DNA of 64,000 bases from Eledone cirrhosa (lineage: Eukaryota). The stretch spans positions 372,496,001 through 372,560,000 of the forward strand of contig OZ024743.1 in assembly GCA_964016885.1 (NCBI GenBank), in the 5' to 3' direction. The position numbers and the translations under genes are program-made. The notes under the pieces were generated by a model, which did not search any database, was not told the origin of the DNA, and saw nothing but the letters and a program-made list of their open reading frames with translations. Of this stretch, positions 1-13,175 are shown in pieces. Positions within the stretch are counted from its first letter, which is position 1. Every line of letters begins with the position of its first letter.

Positions 1-2722
1 TATTCTCTTGCCTATAACTATTCTATTGCCTATATCTCTTCTATTGCCTATAACTATTCTATTGCCTATAACTATACTATTGCCTATATCTATTCTATTG
101 CCTATAACTATTCTATTGCCTATAACTATTCTATTACCTATATCTATTCTATTGCCTATAACTATTCTATTGCCTATATCTATTCTCTTGCCTATAACTA
201 TTCTATTGTCTATATCTATTCTATTGCCTATAACTATTCTATTGCCTATAACTATTCTAATGCCTATAACTATTCTATTGCCTATATCTATTCTATTGCC
301 TATAACTATTCTATTGCCTGTATCTATTCTATTGCCTGTAACTATTCTATTGCCTATAACTATTTTATTGCCTATATCTATTCTACTACCTATAACTATT
401 CTATTGCCTATAACTATTCTATTGCCTATATCTATTCTATTGCCTATAACTATTCTATTGCCTATATCTATTCTATTGCCTATAACTATTCTATTGCCTA
501 TATCTATTCTATTGCCTATATCTATTCTATTGCTTATAACTATTCTATTGCCTATAACTATTCTATTGCCTATATCTATTCTATTGCCTGTATCTATTCT
601 ATTGCCTGTAACTATTCTATTGCCTATAACTATTCTATTGCCTATAACTATTCTATTGCCTGTAACTATTCTATTGATATATCTATTCTATTACCTATAA
701 CTATTCTATTGCCTATAACTATTCTATTGCCTATATCTATTCTATTACCTATATCTATTCTATTGCCTATAACTATTCTATTGCCTATATCTATTCTATT
801 GCCTGTATCTATTCTATTGCCTATAACTATTCTATTACCTATAACTATTCTATTGCCTATATCTATTCTATTACCTATATCTATTCTATTACCTATATAT
901 ATTCTATTGCCTATATCTATTCTATTGCCTATATCTATTCTATTGCCTATAACTATTCTATTGCCTATATCTATTCTATTGCCTATAACTATTCTATTGC
1001 CTATATCTATTCTATTGCCTATAACTATTCTATTGCCTATATCTATTCTATTACCTATATCTATTCTATTGCCTATATCTATTCTATTGCCTATATCTAT
1101 TCTATTGCCTGTAACTATTCTATTGCCTATATCTATTCTATTGCCTATAACTATTCTATTGCCTATATCTATTCTATTGCCTATAACTATTCTATTGCCT
1201 ATATCTATTCTATTGCCTATAACTATTCTATTGCCTATATCTATTCTATTGCCTATAACTATTCTATTGCCTATATCTATTCTATTGCCTATATCTATTC
1301 TATTGCTTATAACTATTCTATTGCCTATAACTATTCTATTGCCTATATCTATTCTATTGCCTGTATCTATTCTATTGCCTGTAACTATTCTATTGCCTAT
1401 AACTATTCTATTGCCTATAACTATTCTATTGCCTGTAACTATTCTATTGATATATCTATTCTATTACCTATAACTATTCTATTGCCTATAACTATTCTAT
1501 TGCCTATATCTATTCTATTGCCTGTATCTATTCTATTGCCTATAACTATTCTATTACCTATAACTATTCTATTGCCTATATCTATTCTATTACCTATATC
1601 TATTCTATTACCTATATCTATTCTATTGCCTATATCTATTATATTGCCTATATCTATTCTATTGCCTATAACTGTTCTATTGCCTATATCTATTCTATTG
1701 CCTATAACTATTCTATTGCCTATATCTATTCTATTGCCTATAACTATTCTATTGCCTATATCTATTCTATTACCTATATCTATTCTATTGCCTATATCTA
1801 TTCTATTGCCTATATCTATTCTATTGCCTATAACTATTCTATTGCCTATATCTATTCTATTGCCTATAACTATTCTATTGCCTATATCTATTCTATTGCC
1901 TATAACTATTCTATTGCCTATATCTATTCTATTGCCTATAACTATTCTATTGCCTATAACTATTCTATTGCCTATATCTATTCTATTGCCTATAACTATT
2001 CTATTGCATATAACTATTCTATTGCCTGTATCTATTCTATTGCCTGTAACTATTCTATTGCCTATAACTATTCTATTGCCTGTAACTATTCTATTGCCTA
2101 TATCTATTCTATTGCCTATAACTATTCTATTGGCTATAACTATTTTATTGCCTATAACTATTCTATTGCCTATAACTATTCTATTGCCTATATCTATTCT
2201 ATTGCCTATATATATTCTATTGCCTATAACTATTCTATTGCCTATAACTATTCTATTGCGTATAACTATTCTATTGCCTATATCTATTCTATTACCTATA
2301 ACTATTCTAATGCCTATATCTATTCTATTGCCTATAACTATTCTATTGCCTATAACTATTCTATTGCCTATAACTATTCTATTACCTATATCTATTCTAT
2401 TACCTATAACTATTCTATTGCCTATAACTATTCTATTGCCTATAACTATTCTATTGCCTATAACTATTCTATTACCTATAACTATTCTATTGCCTATAAC
2501 TATTCTATTGCCTATAACTATTCTATTGCCTATAACTATTCTATTGCCTATATCTATTCTATTGCCTATAACTATTCTATTGCCTATAACTATTCTATTG
2601 CCTATAACTATTCTATTGCCTATATCTATTCTATTACCTATAACTATTCTATTGCCTATAACTATTCTATTGCCTATAACTATTCTATTGCCTATAACTA
2701 TTCTATTGCCTATATCTATTCT
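1..2722. repeat. 18-bp minisatellite (ATTCTATTGCCTATAACT / ATTCTATTGCCTATATCT), about 150 units, running off the left edge
   Basis: Direct tandem periodicity of 18 bp with two dominant unit variants. It produces the artefactual LPITIL/LPISIL ORFs. Confidence 0.98.
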
Positions 2723-5235
2723 GAGTTTGATAATTCTGTCACTCTAACTACCTCTATACCTAATCTCTTCACTTCTCAGCTAATGCACTGCTTACTCGTC
2801 CTACCCCCTCATCATTTAATTATATGTATTACCTACATGGCCATAAAATCCTAACACATACACACAATAAGGTTAACTACACATCCCTGAATAAATAAAT
2901 ATGAATCCAGGAGTTAGCAAGCACCCATGCGAAGCTTTAAGTCAGAGACAGAAAGCATACACCCCGCAAAAATTCACCCTTTCTCAGGAGTGATTGCAAA
3001 TGCCCAAAACTCTGAGGAAGAGCAGGAAAAATTGTAGAGATGTTAGAGCAAAAGGAAATTGATGTATGCTGCATGCAAGAGACTAGATGGAGAGGAGAGT
3101 CCACTAGAGTCCTTGTAGGCAAAAATCAGTGCTATAAATTTTTCTGGGTGAGAAATGACAACAGGATGGGTGGTGTAGGTATGCTATTAGCTGAAATATG
3201 GATAGATAAGGTAATCTCAGTGAACAGGGTGAATGCAAGAATCATTAAACTCAGGCTAGCCCTGAATAAAACAATTGCCAATTGCTACAATCATATCAGC
3301 TTACGCACCCCAATCTGGGTTGCTAGATGAACTTAAGGATAGGTTTTACAAGTCCTTAATAGAGACAAGAAGGGAAGCTAGGCGACAAGTATACTTAGCT
3401 AGAAGGGAAGCGGAGATAGAAAATTCAAGCATGAGGACCAAAAACAGGATTGCGAGGCAGTGTGTTAGAGAAAATTGTGATGTCATTGGAGAGAAGTGTG
3501 TCCGGAATGATAAAGGTGAGCTTTCTCTCACAAGTACCGAGAAGAAAGATGCGTTGAAGAGCCGTTACGAAAGATCACTAAATGAGGAGAATGTATGGGA
3601 GAAAGAGACTCTACCCCAAGTGGACCCCATAGAGGGATCAGCAATACAAGTCAGCAGCAGCATAGTAAGTAAGGCAATTAAGGATATGAAGATTGGGAAG
3701 GCAACCGGTCCATTGGGTATAGCTGCCGAGATGCTGAAAGCATCTGGGTCGGTAAGTCACACTGTAACCACACATATTGTTAACCAGGTAATACTAGAGG
3801 GTGTCATACCAACGGATTGGTGCAGCAGCATCAATGTCAACTGCTACAAGGGTAAAGGAGATGCACTAGATAGAGGAAACTTTAGAGGTATAAAGCTGAT
3901 GGATCAGATCATGAAAGTAATGGAAAGAGTTATAGTACAGTTGATTAGGGACCGGGTAAAACTAGATGAGATGCAGTTTGGGTTTGTGCCAGGAAAAAGC
4001 ACCACTGATGCTCTCTTTGTGAGGCAGTGACAGGAAAAGTACCGAGCTAAAAATAAGCCTTTGACAGAGTGCCCTGTGCTATAATCTGGTGGGCTCTTAG
4101 AAAACTAGGAGTAGATGAATGGCTTGTGAAAGCTGTACAAGCCATGTATAGGGGAGCAGTCAGCAAAGTTAGGATTAACAATGACTATAGTGAAGAATTT
4201 AGCATGCAGGTCGGTGTCCACCAGGGCTCTATTCTTAGCCCTCTGCTGTTTATTATAGGCTGTAACAGAGGAGTTTAAGACCAGATGCCCATGGGAACTT
4301 CTGTACGCAAATGATCTTACACTTATAGCTGAATCTATGGCGGAACTAGAGAAGAAATTCCAAACATGGAAGCAGGGACTAGAAAGAAGGGGTCTCAAAG
4401 TCAACCTGACAAAGAATAAGGTCCTCATAAGTAGACAAGAAAACAGAACCCGGATGCCCTCAGGGAAATGGCCTTGCTCAGTATGTAGGAATTCCATCCT
4501 CTGCAAAAAATGCAAACTATGGGTACACAAGAGATGTAGTGGCATCTCAGGAAGCTTAGTTAAGAATGTAGGCTTTACATGTAGCAGCTACACCAGGACA
4601 GTAAGCAGCAAACGGACACAGGAAACAAGCACTACCAAACTCTGGGAGGACTTTGTAGAAACCATAGACAGCTTCTGAGGTGGTGTTCTGAAAGTACAGT
4701 AAACAGGGTAAGAACAGGATGGAAGAAGTTCAGGGAGCTATTACCACTGCTAGCTGCAAAAGGCTTTTCCCTCAAAATGAAAGGCAGACTGTATGATGCG
4801 TGCATACGAACAGCAACATTACATGGTAGTGACCTGGGCGCTGTGTGTAGAAGACTTGCGTAGATTAGAAAGAAACGAAGCTTGCATGCTCCAATGGATG
4901 TGTAATAGTAATATACGCGAACGGCAAAGCATAAACGAATTGAGAGAGAGACTTGGCATAAGATGAATCAAATGCTGTGTGAGGAGAGGAGGTTGCGTTG
5001 GTATGGACGTGATGCGTATGAAGGATGACAGCTGCATAAAAAGGTGCAGAACACTAGAAGTCGATGGAAGCCACGGAGTGGGGAAACCCAAGAAGACCTG
5101 GGATGAGGTGATAAAAGCTGACCTTGCTCAATTGCACCTCTCAAAGGCGATGAGACAGGGCCGAGACTTCTGGCGTTACACAGTAATACAGAAGACATGA
5201 CTTCCCATGGGTACAAGCCGAAGCTGAAGCATATA
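2723..5235 (+). mobile_element. Decayed RTE-clade LINE (partial AP endonuclease, RT, C-terminus) with internal deletions
   Basis: Fragmented ORFs show CMQETRW and SAYAPQ (APE), QFGFVPGKSTTDA, VGVHQGSILSP, YAND (YADD), a PHD-like GKWPCSVC motif and GKPKKTWDEV. Many frameshifts and stops. Confidence 0.92.
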
Positions 5236-5386
5236 GACAATATGCCCACTGCAAAGTGGTCATCATATATATATGAGAGGAAAGCATGAATGGGGAATAA
5301 TTTTCCTTCATCTGTTGTCTGCTGGAGATCATGTATATTTCTACGCATTAAAGAGAAGATATCTAGCTCCAGTGCGTAAATAACTA

Positions 5387-5877
5387 AAGGAAAGTTAAAC
5401 CTAGCGGGATTTGAACTCAGACCGTAAAGAGACGTAACTCTATGCTTCAAAGCATTACATCCAGCCCTCTACCAAGACTGCCAATCCACCATCAGTAAAA
5501 ATAATTGTTTCTACTTTTGGCACAAGACCAGCAATTATCCCAGTGTATTACTGGTAATTTATTTTATCAACCCCTTAAAAATAATTGTTTCTACTTTTGG
5601 CACAACGCCAGCAATTATCCCAGTGCATTACTGGTACTTTATTTTATTGACCCCGTAAGGATGAAAGGCAAAGTTAACCTCGGTGGAATTTGAACTCAGA
5701 TCGTAAAGGCCTGTAACTCCATGCTGCAAAGCATGGTGTCCGACCCTCTACCAATACTGCCAATCCACGACCCCGTAAAAATAATTTCTACTTTTGGCAC
5801 AAGGCCAGCAAATACACAGTACATTACTGGTACTTTATTTTATCGACCCCGTAAGGATGAAAGGCAAAGTCAACCTC
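5387..5877 (-). mobile_element. Tandem cluster of tRNA-headed SINE family 1 (Deu/Nin-domain-like); one near-full copy at about 5581-5772 plus three partial copies
   Basis: The minus strand has A-box TGGCAGTATTGGTAG, B-box GAGTTCAAATTCC, the domain GCCTTTCATCCTTACGGGGTCRATAAAATAAAGTACCAG and an AT-rich tail. The same element occurs at 9034, 34792, 35730-36365 and 47815. Confidence 0.85.
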
Positions 5878-6147
5878 TGACAAGTGGGCCCTGAGGCCCA
5901 CGGTAGCATTGTTGGAGGCCACAGTAGTATTTTAGGGGTCAATACTTTGCTTTCAAAAAATACGTGAAGTCTAAGGGAAAGAATATCATTAAAAACAAAT
6001 AACAATAAAACAATGAAGCAAAGCATTTGGTCAACCAATTCCCCAGGGAATTAATAGAAACCAAAATATATGATAGTGTTAACTGCTGTAATCGGTGGTT
6101 GTACAGTCTACTAAATTTAAAGCTTAGTGTATTCATTCATGCATGCA

Positions 6148-6198
6148 AACACACACACATATATATATACACATACATACATAAATATATATACACAT

Positions 6199-6277
<79 letters not shown>
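6148..6277. repeat. (CA)n/(TA)n compound microsatellite
   Basis: Direct inspection. Confidence 0.95.
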
Positions 6278-6280
<3 letters not shown>

Positions 6281-7038
6281 CATGTCCTTAGAATTATTAG
6301 ATAAAATATATACAATTTCCTCTCCCAATTAGCATAATTAACCATATAAAAATCAAATAGACCAGGCTATAAGAATAAAGGCTCCTATGAAGAAATATTT
6401 GATAAATAACCGAAAGCAGCCCATTCGCGGTTGACCACAATAGAGTATTTACCGAACATTTCAACAGCATGTAGAAACTGACCAAATATATCGTCAACCA
6501 TACACAATTAGTTATAAATTTTAAGTTAGAAGATATATATATAAATCTATATAAACACATACATACACACACACACACACATATATATAGAAAGGTCATT
6601 ATAGAAAGTCTCTGGATTTCACAAAATACATAATATATTTTATTGCAGAAGGTAAGCTATTTTTCCGCAAAAATTTGATTGCACTGTTTTGTTTACACTT
6701 ATGCATTTTTAAAAAAATGTTATTTATTCATGATAAAAAACAAATGATAACATTCTATATGTCGGTGGGCCCCCTTCATCTCCTGGCAACCTATATATTT
6801 AGACTCAGTCTGCCACTGGTTATAAACTAGTACAAATAAATATCCAAGGAAAGAGAGGTAGTTTCTTTTTCCAGTTTTTTGTTTTCATTGTAACTCCTCC
6901 TCCTCCCCCGACTGAACAATTTCAGTCACTTCGTTCCTTGTCACCAGAACAGTTTATGGAGATATTTCTACGCCTGTCTCATACGTATACATAGTTATTC
7001 AAATAATTATTTAAATACGCATACATTTATAAACACAT

Positions 7039-7078
<40 letters not shown>

Positions 7079-7456
7079 AAAGAATATTTGGTGTATATAT
7101 ATGTAAAGAATCTATTATATATATAGATAGAGAAATAGATACCCACAACACAACATCAATACGTGATTGGGAGTAAACATAAGGTGATCTACCACTGATA
7201 TTAACATATTTAAACAAAGAATTTTTTAAATACGTATAAATTTATAAACACACACACACATATATATTTAAGAATATCTGGTGTGTATATATTCAGCCAC
7301 ACACAACACAGTAATACTATATAAAGGAGAGAAAACATCAGTTGATCTACCACTGATATCAACATATGTATATGTAAACATCGCAGTCTGTTAGTAGCAG
7401 CAATTACAACCACATATACATATAAGCAAGCTTGTCTTGCACAATAACCGGTAAAT

Positions 7457-8044
7457 ATGTCGGCAGAAGTTCCCTTAGATTCTGATAATACCCCAGACAA
7501 GCCTGAACCCGAAAACTCCCCAAACACATTCGCTGTGTCGGTCCTTATATTATTTGGTTTCTTGTTGTTGGTGTATCTGTTTTCTAAACCGATCAAACAT
7601 TTCATGAATTCCTTGAGACTGAAGACTCAGACTAAACTAATGACAGGTTATTGGAACAATGTAATTCAGAAGCATAAAGAAACATTGCTTAACTTCTTCC
7701 AGCCTCTTTATGACAGGAAGAAAGAAATTTCTGAAAATGCTGACGAGAAGCAAAGAAACCTGGACATATTAGAAATCGGTGTGGGAGATGGTGCCAACTT
7801 TGCATATTACCCCGATGGCTGTAATGTCTATGCTGTAGAACCAGAAGATATTTTTGAAGCATCTGTGATGAATAATTTGAAGAAATATCCACACCTCACA
7901 TTAAAAAAATTCTACCATTTCTCTGCCGAAGATATGTCGTATATTGAAACTGGTTCCATTGATGCTGTTGTTAGTACGATGTGTCTCTGTTCTGTGGGGG
8001 ATACAGAGAAAGTTGTCAGTGAAGTAAAGAGAATCCTTCGTAAA
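7457..8044 (+). CDS. METTL7A: METTL7/TMT1-like class I SAM-dependent (thiol) methyltransferase, coding exon 1 (196 codons)
   Basis: ATG at 7457, N-terminal hydrophobic anchor (FAVSVLILFGFLLLVYLF), SAM motif I ILEIGVGDGANF, VYAVEP, and SIDAVVSTMCLCSV...EVKRILRK. A canonical GTAAGT donor follows at 8045 in phase 0. The symbol is a family-level call; METTL7A and METTL7B cannot be distinguished. Confidence 0.92.
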
Positions 8045-9033
8045 GTAAGTAATTATATATACATATATAATAAATAAGAGATTCTCTGTTCTTTTGACTA
8101 TGGCCTTTTTAACATTTCTAGAGTGGTTGAGGTTTTCGTTTAATTTGTGGTATGGGTAGTATAGGCCAGAATTAAGGTTTAGTGTTATGTCGAAGAAGTT
8201 GGCTATTCTACTGTTATTTCCTATTTCTAATTTAAGAGCGTAATTGTTAAAAAAAAATTATTATTATTTTGTTTTTCATCTTTAGGGCACTGTATCTATG
8301 GTTAACAAAGTAGAAAAGAGCATCATCGTGATTCAAACCCCCGCCTATTTCCGGAATCCTTTCGATTAGGTGTAGGATGTAAACTCCCACAAGATCCGTA
8401 ACCTAAGCTGAGTGCGTAGATCCCATAGTGATGTCAAGATTTTTTGGTCTATCTGCGAATAAAACCGTCTCGCTTATTTATTATACTAAAACCCCTCTCT
8501 GAGGAGAGTTGGACAGCGGGTCTTCAGGGAAGAAACCACTCCAGAAGCAAGTGTTTCGGTCCTTATTGAAGTTTTAAGGGAAATGTAGGAATCGCGGACA
8601 CAGAGAATAAGTGTAAAATACAGACGGAGAAAAATATAGACGGGAAAGAAGAGGCCACCATCCGCTACGAAAGATCGAACTCCGCACCTATATATATATA
8701 ATTAAGAATGTTCCATGAGGATCGAGATGAAACCAGTTTTAAAAGTTACTCAATATATTAGTTAGAGAAGATACATATTTTATTTCATATAGACACAAGA
8801 ACTGTTTGAAATCAATGATATGCTGGTTGGGTAGTCACGGGTCTTTGTGTCACGGGTCTTTGTAGTCTTTGTGTTATTCCCTGTTAAAATAGGTTACTAA
8901 AACAAGATTTTAAGATGAATATATTCTTGTAGCAGTGTTTATACATAAATTAAGTATATAGCAGTCTATAAACAGAAACTGATTTTCGTTTCGTTAATGC
9001 AGTTTGTCATCGTCTGTAAAGTAAAGAAATAAC

Positions 9034-9217
9034 TGTTTCTACTTTTGGCACAAGGCCATCAATACCCAGTACATTACTGGTACTTTATTTTATCGACCCC
9101 GTAAGGATGAAAGGCAAAGTTAACATCGGCGGGATTTGAACTCAGACTGTAAAGGGACGTAACTATGCTGGAAAGCATGGCGTCCGACTCTCTACCGATA
9201 CTGCCAATCCACACCCG
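9034..9217 (-). mobile_element. Full-length SINE family 1 copy with 18-bp target-site duplication
   Basis: GTAAAGTAAAGAAATAAC is present at 9016-9033 and 9218-9235. A/B boxes and the central domain are on the minus strand. Confidence 0.92.
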
Positions 9218-9691
9218 GTAAAGTAAAGAAATAACAGTTGCAACCAGTACTTTGGTAATCTTAGATGCTTAACGAGGTAGAAAAAGAAAAACAGTCAGTC
9301 TGTTATTGATTAGTCCCCACCGGGTCAGCCTCGGTTGAGCTTACTATAATGATCAGAGGAAGATTGGTGAGTTGGGAGAGCTTCGGATAAAATACGATTG
9401 CGGTATTTTGATGTTTAAGTTCTGAATTCAAACCATACCGATGTTCACTTTACCCGTTCATATTTCTGGGGTCGATAAAGTAAAGTAGCAATGAACAAAC
9501 CATCCTGTATTTGTATATCAGAGATTACATTGTTGCTATCACCTGTGGCAATGTTGTATATTGGTAAAACTCCAACACCCCTTGTTGTAATTTGTAATTT
9601 AGTGTGTCGGTATCCTTCCTGCCTCTTTTTCTTTTATTATCCCCCCCTACATACACACACAAAAAGATTTTAAAAAAATTTAATTCTTTAA

Positions 9692-9902
9692 CCCTTTAGC
9701 ATTTACATTACTCTATATTTACTATTGTATTTTCACAGTAAAGGCTTATACCTCACAATTAATTATCTTGCATATTATCGAAACTACAAGATTTTGATAT
9801 TTATTTTGAGAACAATATCTTAACATAAGTGTGGGCGACCAGTTTGAACAGAAAGAAGTAAGAGTATTCTGGCCGAATATGGCTGGTTTAAATGTTAAAG
9901 TG
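9692..9902 (+). mobile_element. piggyBac-type MITE (~210 bp)
   Basis: TTAA|CCCTTTAGCATTTA...TAAATGTTAAAGTG|TTAA. Five family members are in the window. Confidence 0.85.
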
Positions 9903-10214
9903 TTAACACAGGCTTATGGAGAGCCACCCTGTCGAGAAGTAAGGTTTTTAAGAGGAACAAAGCTTTCAGAGAGGGCCAAGAAAATGTTGAAGACAAATTG
10001 TGTTCTAGAAGGACAATCTCGTCAACTAATAAAAAAGATTGTGTAAATGGTGTTAGCATGATTGTAGATGTGAATAATTTGTGCCAAACTAGTAATTCAC
10101 CTGATATCTCAGCAAGAACTTTACTGTCAGTGGCTCAGTTCCGCTAAACAGGTTTGCCTAAACAAATATTAGAAGGCAGCTCCAGCACCTCATATTGCTG
10201 TATATCATTGAATG

Positions 10215-10525
10215 CAGGGCTGAATTTAATGGGGGGCAAAGGGGGAAATTTCTCCGGGCCCACCAATGACAACCATAGCAATTTATTTGTGCCCTCTGCT
10301 GGGATTTTTCGTTTTATCCCTTTGACGAGAACTATATTTTTAATAAAAAGTATTTTATGTTCTTACTGTGACAAAATTCATCTAATTTTTTTACTACCTG
10401 TAAATTAATAACTTTACAATTCCAATTACTTGCAGCAAGCTGACTGTGATATGTAAAATTTGGGGTTTGCTGTGTATTCTAATTTGTTGTGTAAAAGGGG
10501 GCCCCAAAGTCTAAATCTGGGCCTG
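10215..10525 (+). mobile_element. hAT-type MITE with 8-bp TSD
   Basis: Imperfect TIR CAGGGCTGAATTTA/TAAATCTGGGCCTG, with ATTGAATG duplicated at 10207-10214 and 10526-10533. A related copy lies at 41208-41506. Confidence 0.85.
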
Positions 10526-11114
10526 ATTGAATGTGTGCCCCCCCCCCCCCCCCCCACCAAAATGTCTTCCTTCTTATCTTAGTACTGTATATATATACAT
10601 GTGTGAAAGAATATCTATTATGTATACAAATTATTGACAATAAAAAGCATACTGTCAACCTAAAAAAAACTTCTCACCTCAACATATCCACTCTGTGTGT
10701 ATTTAAATATATTTGTATTTTATTATATTTGTATTTAAATATAGACTTTATGTACATTCCTTATTTCCCATTTCAAGAGAAGGAGAAGTTAGCGCTTATT
10801 GTCTTATCTGTTTAGTTTATTGATCTGTTTCAACATTATCAATTTTCAAAATGTGCCAAATAAAAAAAAAAGGTCAAAAGCTGAAGGCAGTTTTGTGCAA
10901 TAGACAACTCGTTATTTCTAGAAACTTTGTTTAATTATTATTTATTTATTGGCGATTATGGATCTGCAAAAAAAACAAAGAAACATTTCAATTCTTTAAA
11001 TCCCTTGCTTTCGTTTAACTGTATACCCTAAACCCATTGCTAGTTTGTTTAATCCCAAGTCAGCTCTGTCTGAGAATACCTGTAACCATTCCATATATTT
11101 TTATTATTTATCCC

Positions 11115-11419
11115 GAGTGGGTAATGACCGAAAGAATATGATTGCGAATGCAAGCAGCTGAAATGAGGTTCCTCCGAAGGGTCTTTGGATTAATGTTACA
11201 TGATTGAGTGCGTAGCTTGGAGATGAGAGAGTCACTCCAGGTAGAGCCACTACTTCTCTGAATTGAGATCACAGCTCCGATACTATGGACATGTGATTAG
11301 AATGTCTCAGGAAAGAATTGCTGGATAGATTTTACAGGCAAAACCAGCTGACAGGAGATTCAGGCATAGCCTTGAGCAAGATGGTTGGATAAGCTCCATA
11401 AGCTGGTGTCGCTTGGGGA
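11115..11419 (+). mobile_element. 3' fragment of an Expander/Rex3-like RTE LINE; its last ~100 bp lie inverted at 11868-11972
   Basis: Translates as WVMTERI..MQAAEMRFLRRVFGLM. Homologous to the copies at 33840-34105 (-) and 49425-49850 (+). Confidence 0.8.
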
Positions 11420-12432
11420 CAACATGGATTCACTAGTAAATGGATAAACATGCAAGATGGAAATGTGCAGAGATGGGAGAGGAAGGGAGGTGGCGGAGAA
11501 CATTCCAGTGAGACATATACAAATACAAGTTGAAATGTCACTGTATTATATTATATAACAAAATTGGCAAACAGATAAAAGGTACTGTTGCACATTGTAC
11601 TGTGTTATTGTGCCATAGAATAGAACCAGTAGTTGTAGAGGCTGGTAACAGCAGGGCTTGTAGTCTGTTGCATGGATTTTATTACATGTAAATACTACAT
11701 GTATGTGTGTGTGTGTGTTGGCATAGAGCTGGATTTGCAAAAGCAATGCAACAGATATACTATATACTTCAAATGAAGGCTTTTTTTATGCAATAACTTG
11801 ATTAAAAGACAGTAAAATATGCTTCAATTAACATTCCACCATCTTAAAATAGAATTACACTTGAGATCTTCTTCTTCACCCACTTATTCTTGAGAGGGTC
11901 ATGTGGGGGAAAAGTCTTCAAATATTCTTTCCATCGGATCCTGTCAGAAGCAACCATCTCCAACTGATCCAGAAGAAGATCTCAAGTGTAATTCTATTTT
12001 AAGATGGTGGAATGTTAATTGAAGCATATTTTACTGTCTTTTAATCAAGTTATTGCATAAAAAAGCCTTCATTTGAAGTATATAGTATATCTGTTGCATT
12101 GCTTTTGCAAATCCAGCTCTATGCCAACACACACACACACACACATACATGTAGTATTTACATGTAATAAAATCCATGCAACAGACTACAAGCCCTGCTG
12201 TTACCAGCCTCTACAACTACTGGTTCTATTCTATGGCACAATAACACAGTACAATGTGCAACAGTACCTTTTATCTGTTTGCCAATTTTGTTATATAATA
12301 TAATACAGTGACATTTCAACTTGTATTTGTATATGTCTCACTGGAATGTTCTCCGCCACCTCCCTTCCTCTCCCATCTCTGCATATTTCCGTCTTGCATG
12401 TTTATTCATGTTACTAGTAAACCCATGTTGTC
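11418..12432. repeat. Long inverted repeat: arms 11418-11875 and 11971-12432, 95-bp spacer
   Basis: The arms are reverse complements. The ORF track shows the same peptide on opposite strands (11546..11746 - and 12073..12303 +). Confidence 0.97.
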
Positions 12433-13175
12433 AAAAATCATGGCAATAGCATTAAATATATTTAATTTTTGAAGTCTAGGATTGGTGTGCCATATATATA
12501 TATATCAAATGAAACAACGGAGTTAAGGACTATCCCTGTTATTTAATGAGCTCAAGGGAAAATTACCAGGCTCTTCAAAATACAATATAGAGAGGAGGAT
12601 ACGCGAAAGAGTGTGTTTTCAATTACAGGGGGTATAAGGCCCCTAGAGTGAAAAACATAAAAACTATGAAAGGTATGGGAAATACATTTTAATTAAAGAG
12701 ATAAATTAAAATGCATAAACCCACCTTTATAATTATACAACACCTGTATACATTTTACTTCTGGAGCCCCGCACTGGATGGCCACGGGGAAACTCCCGTG
12801 GGCCTACCATTGACCTAGTTTATGGTGTGAGGCTGGGGGGGGGGTGCCATTTCGATCCATGTCCAATGCTGAGTTGTCGGAATGGGTCTTTTGTTGAACA
12901 TTGTAGTGCTGAGCCCTTCACAAGATCACATTAATATATATATTTTTTTTCCACTGTCTGTGGTTCAAAGACTGGGAAGACTATTAATCAGAGTAGTACT
13001 CGATGTATGATGAGATACAGAATGGATATATTATTGAGGTAGAGATTTGGCCACAAGCTCAGGTGGTTTCAGGTTGTAAACTCTCTAAGCTTCTTTTCCT
13101 GTAGAAATTTGGAGAGATTACAAGCTGAAACTGCCTGAGCTTGCAGTCAGACTTCTCATTAATATATATATATAT

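Noticed and set aside
8-2747. Three long LPITIL/LPISIL ORFs (230-421 aa)
   Set aside because: By-products of an 18-bp minisatellite lacking stops in one frame. They start at TTG rather than ATG and have no domain content.
7075-7380. Degenerate duplication upstream of the METTL7 ATG (GATCTACCACTGATAT twice) as a promoter element
   Set aside because: The duplication is real, but no TSS or regulatory role can be supported from sequence alone.
8045-8077. Read-through C-terminus VSNYIYIYNK of the 7457..8077 ORF
   Set aside because: It lies beyond the GTAAGT donor. The true C-terminus is at 36393-36626.
8710-8742. Hammerhead-like ATGAGGA...GAAACCAGTT
   Set aside because: The core is non-canonical and stems I and II are not convincingly paired.
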